From positions 372,001 through 436,000 of the forward strand of contig NIVC01000132.1 in the NCBI GenBank assembly GCA_002269645.1: DNA of 64,000 bases, in the 5' to 3' direction. The position numbers were made by a program, and so were the translations under genes. The DNA comes from Macrostomum lignano (lineage: Eukaryota). Below, in pieces: positions 1-11,500 of this stretch; position 1 is the first letter of the stretch; every line of letters begins with the position of its first letter. The notes beneath the pieces are model-generated. The model did no database searches and had not been told where the DNA came from. It was given only the letters and a program-made list of their open reading frames with translations.

Positions 1-563
1 AAGTCTTATAACATTTTTCATTTTTGATATTTTGCAATACATTTTTAAAATTTGACTAAGAACATCTTTAGAAATCATACTCTTTTATTAGAATATATAA
101 ACTCAAAAGGCAACAAAGATACAAAAGAAAAGGCAGCCTTATGGTCGTAACATTATGGTCGTAACATATTTTTTTCTGTCAATTCAGTAACTTTGAGGTA
201 CTAATACATTAAAAATATAATAGATTATTTGGTCACCAATGCTTTTATCTGATGATGCAAGTACTATACTTTTATCTATAGTTTGTTTCAACCTTCAAAA
301 GCTTTCTATTTGTTTTTAAAAGGTACAAAATCTTAATGATGTCTTTTGCTTCGAAAAATGTCCAAATTTTTACAAAAATGACTTTTTGCCAATTGATAAC
401 ATACTAATCCAACATTTTACCATTCCTTTATTCTTAGATTGTATATATTGCACAATGCACAATATAAACATTTGGTAAAAAAATAGGCTAATTAGGCAAT
501 GGCAAGCAAAAATATTGACTTTTTTCTATTTTCCAAATATGTCCATCTTATATGGAATGAGCC
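1..563 (-). mobile_element. Non-autonomous DNA transposon (MITE), partial copy; inverted relative to the full copy at 15249-16039
   Basis: 1-563 is the near-identical reverse complement of about 15249-15809. It ends in the terminal repeat CTTATATGGAATGAGCC (547-563) followed by TTTT. Confidence 0.9.
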
Positions 564-909
564 TTTTGCATTTAAGATCATAGAGGAGTAAAATTATAAT
601 ATGCCAATCAGAAAAGCAACTGGGTTACTACAATAGAACAGGAGAACAAAATTTGTTTCAGTGGGTATAGTAGCGCTCGCTAACTGCTGAGGAGTGTGAA
701 ACAATGATCAATGAGGTGGAATAGAGATTTAAAAGGAAGACAAGATGAAAATTAGCAGAATCATCTACTCATAATTAATTACTTCTTTGCCTTTTTATAG
801 CAGCTGTAGGCGTCGCAGAAGCGCTGGTCCTAAGCTAAATAAGCTAAAAAGGCAGCAGGCAGCAAAATGTTCAGTGATCTGCTCAATGTCAGTAACAATG
901 CTAATGTCC

Positions 910-3240
910 CTAAGCTTTCTCTTTCGGAGCTTTGCTAATCTTAGCCTTCTTGTTAGCTGGGGTTAGTGGCAGAGGCGGCGGCGGTAGAGGCACAGATGTG
1001 GCAGATGCTGCTGGTCGAGATGCCCCTCGTTTTTGTCCTGCTGGAGGTGCAGCTGAATCTTCCTGCTCAACCTCAGACAAGAGGCGTTTAGCGTGAGCCA
1101 TATATTCCATGGCTAGCTTTCGCTTCGTAGCAAGCTTCTGCGCCTTTGCCTTGTCAGCCTCCACTTTCTTTTGGGCTCTCTCGACTTGAGCAGCCTTTTC
1201 CTTTTCAGCAACTGCAGCAGCAGCTGCTGCTTCTGCCTCCTTCTCCTGTTGCTCGTGCACCTTTAAATACCTCTTGTACGCAACACTCGACTGCCGGGCA
1301 CATTCACGCATGGCTTCCTTTATTACAATCGACTCGCTGGTAATGCTGCAAGCAGCGCAGAAGGTTTGAACGGTCATTATGCCGTTAAGCGATGGATCCT
1401 GCAGCCGGTTGCGGTCCTTTCGCAAAATTCGACTCAGTTTGCTAAATTGACGCTCAATGTCGGCATTTCCATGAGGCAGGATCAGTGTTTTTCGAGCGAG
1501 TTCTGCCAGAATCGGATAATCACCTGAAGCCTGCAATTTGTCCCACAGCAGCTCGACGCGTCGAGGCTCGTCCTTCAGTTGCTCAGTGACTGGCAGCTGC
1601 TTCTGCAGCCGAATCGCCGCCACTCCAAACGCAGTGCATCAGCATCCTGCGTGTTGAGTACATGCAGCCGGCGCGCCATGTAACACAGCTGCTGTTCAGT
1701 AATAGTAGCAGCCTCGGTTAAAAACGGGTTGGCAAAGGCTGCAGCTTGAATAATTCTCAGCTTAAGCGGCAAGTAGTGGAACAATGCTGCCAACAGTGTC
1801 GAGTAGAACAGGCGTACTCGGTTGTAAAATAACGAACGCTGGAAGTTCGTCACTGTCTCGGATGTCAGAACTTTGCGAGCGACTTCGCCGATGATGAGCT
1901 CTCGATCAGGTAGCTGCTGCGAACGCTCCGCGTTAGCTAAATCCTGCAGCTGTTCTGCAGCTTCTATACACTGCTTCCGAAGAAAACAGCTTGCCACAGA
2001 CGCCATTAGAGCAGAGATTTCACTGAAGACATCAAATATGAGTGGTTCTGACGCCTAAAAGAGCTTCTCAAAACGCTGCAGTGGAGTCAAAGCTGAGCTA
2101 ACAAATCCTAGGTACGCCAGTGTTTCAGGCGCTTCCAGGCGCTGTAGAATTCGCTGGACCTTAGGGTTCTTTTTCTCGACTTCAGGAAGACGACGAAAAA
2201 TACTTTTAATGAGTCGTTCAGTTGAATGTGGCGATTCACACAAGAACGCAGCCATCTTGTCTCCACACGTCTAAGAATTCGCAATGGTGATTTCTGGAGC
2301 ATTTCTTGCATCCAACGGAAATTATCGGCAGCCTTGGCATAGCGTAGATAGTTGTACGTGTCATCCAGAAGCTCCTCAACATCTCCTAACTGAACTACTG
2401 CACGCTGTGCAGAGTTATGCACATCGTGCAGTATGCAGCCTCCAACATCGACCAAGTTTGGTGCCGCATCTTTCAGACGCTCAACAAGACTGCCAATGTT
2501 GCCACGCATTACAGAGGCGCTGTCTGACATTACCGCCAAGCAGTGACTAGGTTGCAAGTTTCGATGGCCGAGCTCTCCAAAACAATGTCTTTCAGAGCCT
2601 CGGCTGAGGCACCTGATCTTGCAGTAAAGCGCAGGAAAAGGAAATCGGTGATGACACGTCCATCTGCTAGATGACGGATCATGGCTGCCAACCACTTCCG
2701 ATCACCAATGCTTCCTTCGTCTAGAAGCAATGAATAGCAATGATTGTCGTAAAGTTCTTTCAATACTTCTTTCTAGAAATGAGCGCTCACTCCGAAATTG
2801 AGGAGATACGTCATCTTTTGTTTCGCAATGGAGAGCTCCTCAGTGGTTTTGCAGTCCGGAAGCATCTTTTTTAGTGTCTTTGGCATGGAATCAGCTAAGC
2901 GAAAAGGCAAATCATGCTCTGCAAACATGATTGCCAACTGAATTTCGGCATCAGTGGTCTTCTTTGACGCCTCGTCGGAACTTTTCGTAGCAGAAAAACA
3001 GAAATTTAACTTTTTACAGTTCCGAATGGAACCCACTTTGGACCGGTGCATTTGCGTTGTCAAATGTTCTTTGAGCCTTGTAATGCCTCCAGATTTGATG
3101 GAGATAGTTTTGTCACACATAGTGCACTCCACAGAGCCAGATCCATTGGCATCTTGGATGCTGGCGTAGGATTCCTTCCAAGTAGTGCAGCATGATTGGT
3201 CCTCGACCTCGACCTCAGGAATACGGTGAGTAGATGTCAT
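910..3240 (-). pseudogene. Degenerate hAT-superfamily transposase
   Basis: Consecutive minus-strand ORF pieces carry a BED-like zinc finger (CTMCDKTISIKSGGITRLKEHLTTQMH), LLLDEGS (first catalytic D), SDSASVMRG, GCILH (CxxH), RVETRW and the C-terminal LPHGNADIERQFS dimerisation motif. In-frame TAG stops lie at 2773-2775 and 2055-2057, with frameshifts near 2545, 2200 and 1620. Confidence 0.9.
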
Positions 3241-3346
3241 GCTGCTAGTGCAGAGTGCTGCTTTCTTTCAGATTAGTTATTTGCTGCTGCTGAAATTGGA
3301 TAATTAAAGGCCATATAGTATTGTATCTTTTGTCAGCGGCAAAAAA

Positions 3347-3406
3347 TTTCCGCGCTGCGCGGCAGTTTGGGATTTTCCGCGCTTCCGCGCAGCGTTGAAC
3401 ACGCTG
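3347..3406 (-). mobile_element. Probable 5' terminus of the hAT element with subterminal repeats
   Basis: The minus strand reads CAGCGTGTTCAACGCTG from 3406, a CAG start typical of hAT TIRs. TTCCGCGC occurs three times just inside it. The partner TIR was not found in the window. Confidence 0.55.
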
Positions 3407-3855
3407 GTTCTAGATGATGGATGAACTATATTCTTAGTGAAATCAGTAAAAAAACAATAAAAAGATCAAAAGCATATAACAATGTTTCTAGTCTTAAAAG
3501 TATCTAAAATAATAAATAAAGAAAAATATGACTTTAAACTAGCATAAATATTGATAGATTAACAACTTTACCTGTTAAGATTAGAACATGCTTATTGGTC
3601 TATCTATACTGTAGCTGAACTAGCCACAGAATTTTCATTGAATTTCCTATGACTGTTCTGCTAACTCCAATATTTTACTGATATTTCTTTAATTAGAAAA
3701 AGCATATAATGTAATATATTTTAATATACACAGTATCTTATTATTGTATTATAGTTTATAATCATTGTGTGCCAACAGTACTTAGCTAATTAGTTCATCT
3801 GTGTGGCCTGGGATCAAAAAGTTCAGAATAAACTTGAGCAAATCACTACTTGCAG

Positions 3856-6527
3856 TGGTCGGCACTCAGACGAATTTTACCAGCGGCGCAGCAGCCCACC
3901 TTGGCTCTGCCGCTGCCCCGGCTCCGCCTGGCCCAGGCCCTGTGCACGCAGCCATCAGGCGACGGTGAAGGCGTCGGCACAGGCAGGAACAAGCGTCTCG
4001 GCTCGCGCAATCCACCAGTAAAGTACGCGCAGTACACGCCGAGAACGCTGGACGAGAGCCTGCGCTACATGGCTAGCGCAGCCTACAAGGAGGTCTACGG
4101 CGAGCGGCCGGTCTGGTTCCACTATAGGCGCAATCTGCGCGGCTCCTTTGAAGCGTCTAAGCCGCGGCAGCGCTGTTTCAATACCGAGGGCGTCTACATC
4201 CGGGCCAATCCCTGTCCCCTGTGCAGGTCAGTCAGTACTGCGGTGATGGTGCAGGCGGCTGGCTGGCTGCCATTCCAAAATAATCCTTAAGAATCGCCCA
4301 GCCAGTTCATCCTCCTTAAGAATCGCCCAGCCAGTTCGGCATCCTTAAGAATCGCCCAGCCAGTTCGGCCTCATTAAGAATCTCCCAGCCAGTTCATCCT
4401 CATTAGGAATCGCCCAGCCAGTTCATCCTCATTAGGAATCGCCCAGCCAGTTCGGCCTCATTAAGAATCTCCCAGCCAGTTCATCCTCATTAAGAATCGC
4501 CCAGCCAGTTCATCCTCATTAGGAATCGCCCAGCCAGTTCATCCTCATTAGGAATCGCCCAGCCAGTTCGGCCTCATTAGGAATCGCCCAGCCAGTTCAT
4601 CCTCATTAGGAATCGCCCAGCCAGTTCATCCTCCTTAAGAATCGCCCAGCGAGTTCATCCTCATTAAGAATCGCCCAGCCAGTTCATCCTCCTTAAGAAT
4701 CGCCCAGCCAGTTCATCCTCATTAAAAATCGCCCAGCCAGTTCATCCTCATTAAGAATCGCCCAGCCAGTTCATCCTCATTAAGAATCGCCCAGCCAGTT
4801 CATCCTCATTAAAAATCGCCCAGCCAGTTCATCCTCATTAAGAATCGCCCAGCCAGTTCATCCTCTTTAAGAATCGCCCAGCCAGTTCATCCTCTTTAAG
4901 AATCGCCCAGCCAGTTCATCCTTCTTAAGAATCGCCCAGCCAGTTCGGCCTCCTTAAGAATCGCCCAGCCAGTTCGGCCTCCTTAAGAATCGCCCAGCCA
5001 GTTCATCCTCCTTAAGAATCGCCCAGCCAGTTCGGCCTCCTTAAGAATCGCCCAGCCAGTTCATCCTCCTTAAGAATCGCCCAGCCAGTTCGGCCTCCTT
5101 AAGAATCGCCCAGCCAGTTCGGCCTCCTTAAGAATCGCCCAGCCAGTTCGGCCTCCTTAAGAATCGCCCAGCCAGTTCATCCTCATTAAGAATCGCCCAG
5201 CCAGTTCATCCTCATTAGGAATCGCCCAGCCAGTTAATCCTCCTTAAGAATCGCCCAGCCAGTTCATCCTCCTTAAGAATCGCCCAGCCAGTTCATCCTC
5301 CTTAAGAATCGCCCAGCCAGTTCATCCTCATTAGGAATCGCCCAGCCAGTTAATCCTCCTTAAGAATCGCCCAGCCAGTTAATCCTCATTAAGAATCGCC
5401 CAGCCAGTTCATCCTTAAGAATCGCCCAGCCAGTTCGGCCTCCTTAAGAATCGCCCAGCCAGTTCGGCCTCATTAAGAATCTCCCAGCCAGTTCATCCTC
5501 ATTAGGAATCGCCCAGCCAGTTAATCCTCCTTAAGAATCGCCCAGCCAGTTAATCCTCATTAAGAATCGCCCAGCCAGTTCATCCTCCTTAAGAATCGCC
5601 CAGCCAGTTCGGCCTCCTTAAGAATCTCCCAGCCAGTTCATCCTCATTAATAATCGCCCAGCCAGTTCATCCTCCTTAAGAATCGCCCAGCCAGTTCATC
5701 CTCATTAAGAATCGCCCAGCCAGTTCATCCTCCTTAAGAATCGCCCAGCCAGTTCATCCTCCTTAAGAATCGCCCAGCCAGTTCATCCTCATTAAGAATC
5801 GCCCAGCTAGTTCACCCTCATTAAGAATCGCCCAGCCAGTTCATCCTCATTAGGAATCGCCCAGCCAGTTCATCCTCATAGGAATCGCCCAGCCAGTTCA
5901 TCCTCATTAAGAATCGCCCAGCCAGTTCATCCTCATTAAGAATCGCCCAGCCAGTTCATCCTCCTTAAGAATCGCCCAGCGAGTTCATCCTCCTTAAGAA
6001 TCGCCCAGCCAGTTCGGCCTCCAATTAAGGCCGCCCACCCTGCCCAATTCAGAGACGAGTACCTCGTGCTGGACTATCGCCACAGCGACCTGCTAGTGCA
6101 GTTCCTGGACCCGCAGTCGGGCCTGCTGCTGGGCGTAGGCAAGGTGCAAGTGTGCAAGCACCAATACGATAAGCTGCAACTCGAGGTTGAGAAGGCATTC
6201 GACTCCGGCTACTTGGAAGCGCCTGTGCCGTTTCGCTTCTACGACTACAGCCTGTACAGCGGCGGCCGGCCCCTGCCAGCTGACCCGTTCGGCGACTACG
6301 CCTCGGGTACCAGCCTGCCGCACGCACAGGAGCTTTTGATCGAGCCGCCTCTGTTGGACATTCAACGGCCAAAGATGCCGGACCGGTACGCTATGGAGGT
6401 TGGCATGCAGCAGAGGCTGCGCAAAAAGTACAAAGGCAAACCGACGCGACCGCAGTTCAGCACCGCTATTGATGAATACCTGGACAAGCAGATTGACGAG
6501 GGCGGCTTGCAAAAGCGTCAGACTTAA
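3856..6527 (+). CDS. MRPS18B: Mitochondrial ribosomal protein S18b (mS40); exons 3856-4226 and 6053-6527
   Basis: The spliced product reads ...WFHYRRNLRGSFEASKPRQRCFNTEGVYIRANPCPLCR|DEYLVLDYRHSDLLVQFLDPQSGLLLGVGKVQVCKHQYDKLQLEVEKAFDSGYL, matching the S18b pattern (YRRN..., NPCPxCRD, ...VCxxQ...A.D.G.L). Donor AG|GTCAGT at 4227 and acceptor TTCAG|A at 6052 are phase 2 compatible. There is no in-frame ATG before codon 74 of the open frame. Confidence 0.92.
4287..6021. repeat. 28-bp minisatellite filling the MRPS18B intron (about 60 copies)
   Basis: Unit TTAAGAATCGCCCAGCCAGTTCATCCTC(A/C), with variants such as TTAGG and TTCGGC. Confidence 0.97.
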
Positions 6528-6656
6528 TAACAATCTAAAAAGCTTTAACAATTGTTTTGAAAGACCTTTCGATCTTGGCCTGCCTATGTTGCATTTGAAG
6601 CACTGTCAAGTTAATTCAAACTTAAGTAGCATAAATATAAATTATTGTTAATGAAA

Positions 6657-6662
6657 TAATAA
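6657..6662 (+). promoter_or_regulatory. Candidate polyadenylation signal of MRPS18B
   Basis: AATAAA about 130 nt after the stop codon at 6525-6527. Confidence 0.45.
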
Positions 6663-7852
6663 AGGCATATATTCTCTAATAATGATTTTTTAACGCCGAG
6701 AGCCGCATCAGACTGAGCCATTCATATAGGCAGAAAGAGAGCAGTAGTAGTGTAATTATTATGTATAGTTCATATTATATTGTTTTTATTGTGAAAAAAC
6801 CACTAGCTCACGCGCTAACAGACAAAGGAGAGCACATGTTATAATATTAGTAGATAATTAAAGCTTGGTTGCTTGCGGTTGGTTGGTTAAACACGCAGGG
6901 ACCCAAGACCACCCGGATGCGTAGAGAAAGAACCAAGTCACCCTTGGTCAGTTGTTTGACAAGTGTCGCATCTAAACAAATATAAGCCGGGGCGCGGGGG
7001 TCACCTGAGGTAATGAATGAGACAAAGCTAAGCAGTCATTGGCGATTGGGAGGGTATAGAAAATAACAACAGATACAATGGCTTAGCATCATCATAAACG
7101 GTATAAACCTTTATCTAGAGGAGCACTGGGTGACAAGGTCATGCTGAGACATGCGTGAGCAAAAGAGAGTTCTACTTGGGGCGAGTAGTGCAGGCGGGAC
7201 ATTGTTCAAACTGAACTGGGGAAAGGGGTCACTGCGATAAATTCTCGCCACGTGGAAAAGTGGACTGCAAGCCGTCTTTATGAAGCAAACACGTATAAAA
7301 AATGAATCTTGAAGATTCGGCGTCAACTTTGGACATGTCTAGAGATAGATATACGCTCGTATTGAAGATATGCAAACAAGCTAAAATGTTACCAATCCTA
7401 GGCTAGGCAACAAAGACAGCGGTGAACATAAGCCATTAAATGATTGGTTATAACTGCCCGCAGGCGCCAGAGGGAGCCAGTTAAACCATTAAGCCTGGTA
7501 ATGGTATGAAAAGCAAACAAATCAAAATTGAAAAAAGCAAATCCACAAAGACAAATTTAACTGACAGAGTGGACAGGAACTGCCGATGCCCTATTTACAT
7601 CTTCTTTTTACTAAGTTCCAGTCTAGTGCTGCCATCCGCTCCGCCAATATCGAAAGATGAATGAGACAGAAGAGATAGATGTGAAAGTAAAGAGAATTTC
7701 GACCGACATTAGTGAATACCTCGTAAATAACAAGGAAAACATGGAAGCGAAGGAAGAACTACTAATGCCTAATTGATTTTTATTAGTAAATAAAATGAAG
7801 AGTACACTTCTAGATTTGTAATCTGAGTCTGATGATTTAGGAGACTGTGGCA

Positions 7853-8292
7853 GTGGACACGCAACTGAGGATCTGGGAGGGTGGCGGTGGCCCAGCAACT
7901 GAGGATCTGGGAGGGTGGCGGTGGCCCAGCAACTGAGGATCTGGGAGGGTGGCAGTGGACACGCAACTGAGGATCTGGGAGGGTGGCGGTGGCCCAGCAA
8001 CTGAGGATCTGGGAGGGTGGCGGTGGCCCAGCAACTGAGGATCTGGGAGGGTGGCGATGGCCCAGCAACTGAAGATCTGGGAGCGTGGCGGTGGCCCAGC
8101 AACTGAGGATCTGGGAGGGTGGCGGTGGCCCAGCAACTGAGGATCTGGGAGGGTGGCGGTGGCCAAGAAACTGAGGATCTGGGAGCGTGGCGGTGGCCTA
8201 GCAACTGAAGATCTGGGAGCGTGGCGGTGGCCAAGAAACTGAGGATCTGGGAGGGTGGCAGTGGCCCAGCAACTGAGGATCTGGCAGGGTGG
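7853..8292. repeat. 34-bp G-rich minisatellite
   Basis: Unit GCAACTGAGGATCTGGGAGGGTGGCGGTGGCCCA, about 13 copies. Confidence 0.95.
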
Positions 8293-8515
8293 CAGCTGTT
8301 CAGCCTGAAGATGTGGCGCACACTGAAGATCTAGATCCTAGTGTACATCGAAATCCCAACCAATTCAGAAGCAGTTGCTAAATCTCATTCTCGGCAGCAC
8401 AGGTACTACAGAGCACGAGATCATACTCGTATTAGATTACAACACTGTAAAATCGGAGTAAAACTAGGAAATCAAATGGCCACCATTAACAGCGGCCTCC
8501 ACTGTTAAGCGGCAG

Positions 8516-11500
8516 TCACGTGCTGAGCAGTTTCTCAAGCAAGCCGTTGGACACTCGGCTCGGGGCTGCCACCGACTCCACCGACTCCTCTTCATCCTCT
8601 TCGTCTTCTTTGGACCGACCGTTGACCCCCCTAGCTGAGGTCGTGGCCGCTTCCCTCTGGTCCTCCATGGCCAGGATTGTGTCAACAACATCCTGCGGCA
8701 GCTCGGGCGGCCCAGCCAGCCGGACATTTGGCGGCACAGGCAGCTCTTTCATTTGGGCGGCGAATCCGCGACTGCTGCCGATGCCAAAGTTCGGCAGCTG
8801 GAATGCGGCTCCGGCGAGCTGCACCGGTGGCGTGCCAAGCTTCGGCGGCGTCACGGCGCCGTTGCTGATGTCGCCGCCGTTTTGCCGTTTCCCATTGATG
8901 GTCGGCACGCCGCTGCCGCCGCCGTCGCAGGTGTCGAGCAGGTCGAGAAGCACAGAGTCACTGCTGACTGTCCGACTGACAGGCTGGGGCGCCCGCGACC
9001 GCTGCTGCGCACCAGTCTGCTCGGTGGCGCCTCCGCCGCTGTGGGAGTAGGGATTGATGTCATTATCATGGGGAATTGGATTAGTGGCGGACCAGTTATC
9101 ATGGGGATTTGGGATTAGTGGCGGAACAGTTAGGATATGGATTTGAATTACTGGCGGACCAGTTATCATGTAGATTTGAGTTAATGACGGAGCAGTTATT
9201 ATGGGGTTTTGAATTAATGACGGATCAGTTATTATGGGGATTTGAATTAGTGGCGGACCAGTTACCATGTGGATTTGAATTAGTGGCGGACCAGTTAAGA
9301 TGGGGATTTGGGATTAATGGCGGACAAGTTATGGGAATTTAGGATTAGTGGCGTCTACTAAACTGACCAAATTCACCAGCCCGAAACTCACCCAACAATA
9401 CTGTGCGTGCTGGTCAGCAGGTTAGGGCCGGTCAGCTGGCTGCAGGTTTTCACGTAGGCAACACGGCCGGGTGCCACCTGACAGCGATAAATTGAGCTGG
9501 CCGGCCGGCCGGAGCTGCTCACTGCGAATTAAATGGGCGCAGTTTAGAGTTGCGCAGTGATGGAGTGGGCATGGGAAAGAAGTTGACGGATTGGCATAGA
9601 GTGAACATTAATAAGGAGACAGGTGAGCGAGAAATAGATAGGTGTGCAAAGATTAAAGAGACATGGGAGTGAGGAAAGAGAGGTGAGTGAGGAAAGAGAC
9701 AGGTGAGTGAGCAAGGAGACAGGTGAGTGAGCAAGGAGACAAGTGAGTGAGGAAAGAGACAGGTGAGTGAGGAAAGAGACAGGTGAGTGAGCAAGGAGAC
9801 AGGTGCGTGAGCAAGGAGACAGGTGAGTGAGCAAGGAGACAGGTGCGTGAGCAAGGAGACAGGTGAGTGAGCAAGGAGACAGGTGAGTGAGCAAGGAGAC
9901 AGGTGAGTGAGGAAAGAGACAGGTGAGTGAGCAAGGAGACAAGTGAGTGAGCAGAGGCATGTGAGTGAGGAAAGAGACAGATGAGTGAGGAGACAGACAG
10001 GTAGGTGAGGAGACAGACAGGTAAGTGAGGAGACAGACAGGTAGGTGAGGAGACAGACAGGTAAGTGAGGAGACAGACAGGTAGGTGAGGAGTCCTTACC
10101 AGCCGTGTCCAAATGCCTTTGCCAGATGGGCCGGTCGGACTGCGCCACCAGTTGGCCCCATTGTTTGCCGAGAAAGTATTCGCCAAGGATGCCTAGGCTG
10201 GCCGTTAGCTCAGGACTGTGGCGTGGTTAACAGCGGGAGTCCATGTTAATTCTAGCATCACATCGATTACAGCTTTAAGTGTCAATTCCATTCTATCTAC
10301 AAAACTTATTTCTGTAGGTTCAATCAAAAGTGATTAATGGTTTTGACTTTTTCCTAGGGTCTTTGTTGATGAACAACTGCTCAAACTGAGGATCTGAGAG
10401 TGGGTGAATGACTGCTCAAACTGAGGATCTGGGAGTGGGTGAATGAATGCTCAAACTGAGGATCTGGGAGTGGGTGAATGACTGCTCAAACTGAGGATCT
10501 GGGAGTGGGTGAATGAATGCTCAAACTGAGGATCTGGGAGTGGGTGAATGAATGCTCAAACTGAGGATCTGGGAGTGGGCGAATGACTGCTCAAACTGAG
10601 GATCTGGGAGTGGGTGAATGACTGCTCAAACTGAGGATCTGGGAGTGGGTGAATGACTGCTCAAACTGAGGATCTGGGAGTGGTTGAATGAATGCTCAAA
10701 CTGAGGATCTGGGAGTGGGTGAATGAATGCTCAAACTGAGGATCTGGGAGATGGTGAATGACTGCTGAAACTGAGGATCTGGGAGATGGTGAATGACTGC
10801 TCAAACTGAGGATCTGAGAGTGGGTGAACTTTTTCACCTATGGGTGAATTTAGGATTCATTTAACAGACTTTATTAAAGCCAGACGGGGTGGGGGGTTAA
10901 TGAATCTGAGCCGGTAAGGTTGAAAGTTAAAAATCTGCTATACGTCATGCTAATTGGCCTATGCACTGGCATACTGGATACTGAAGAGCGATAAAATTAC
11001 TGTAAAAGCTGTAGCATTTGGGTTTGGCCAAACACATACTACTGATAATACTACTGATATAAAATTATTGAATAGATATTGACTGACAAGAGCGCCAGTG
11101 ACAATCCATAATAAAAACCTACCTCAGACGTACCAGCCGCAATAGAGGCTTGCTTTATACATAAAAATCTAAATAAGTTATAAAAAACACATACTAATGA
11201 ACGATTGAGTCTAACAGATTCAAATAACGCGGACAGAACACGATTGTGAATTGTTGTAAGTAAGATGCGCGCACAGACCTGCAAGCAGATCGCAGCACAG
11301 TTGAATCTGGCAAGTTGAGCTCGCAAACCAGAGTGGGAGTTGGCCGTTTCTGCTGCGACTGCAGAGAAAATCCTGCGACTGGCAACTGGGCTGGCAGGCT
11401 GGGCGGCCGCCGCACGGGCTCAGGCTGCGGGGCCGCGGCCGGGCGACAGACGCAAACTAGGGCTGGCTCCAGACAGCCTGCGGGGGTGCGCGATCCACTG

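Noticed and set aside
6762-7335. Possible solo LTR (TGT...ACA)
   Set aside because: No target-site duplication, primer-binding site, polypurine tract or second copy was found.
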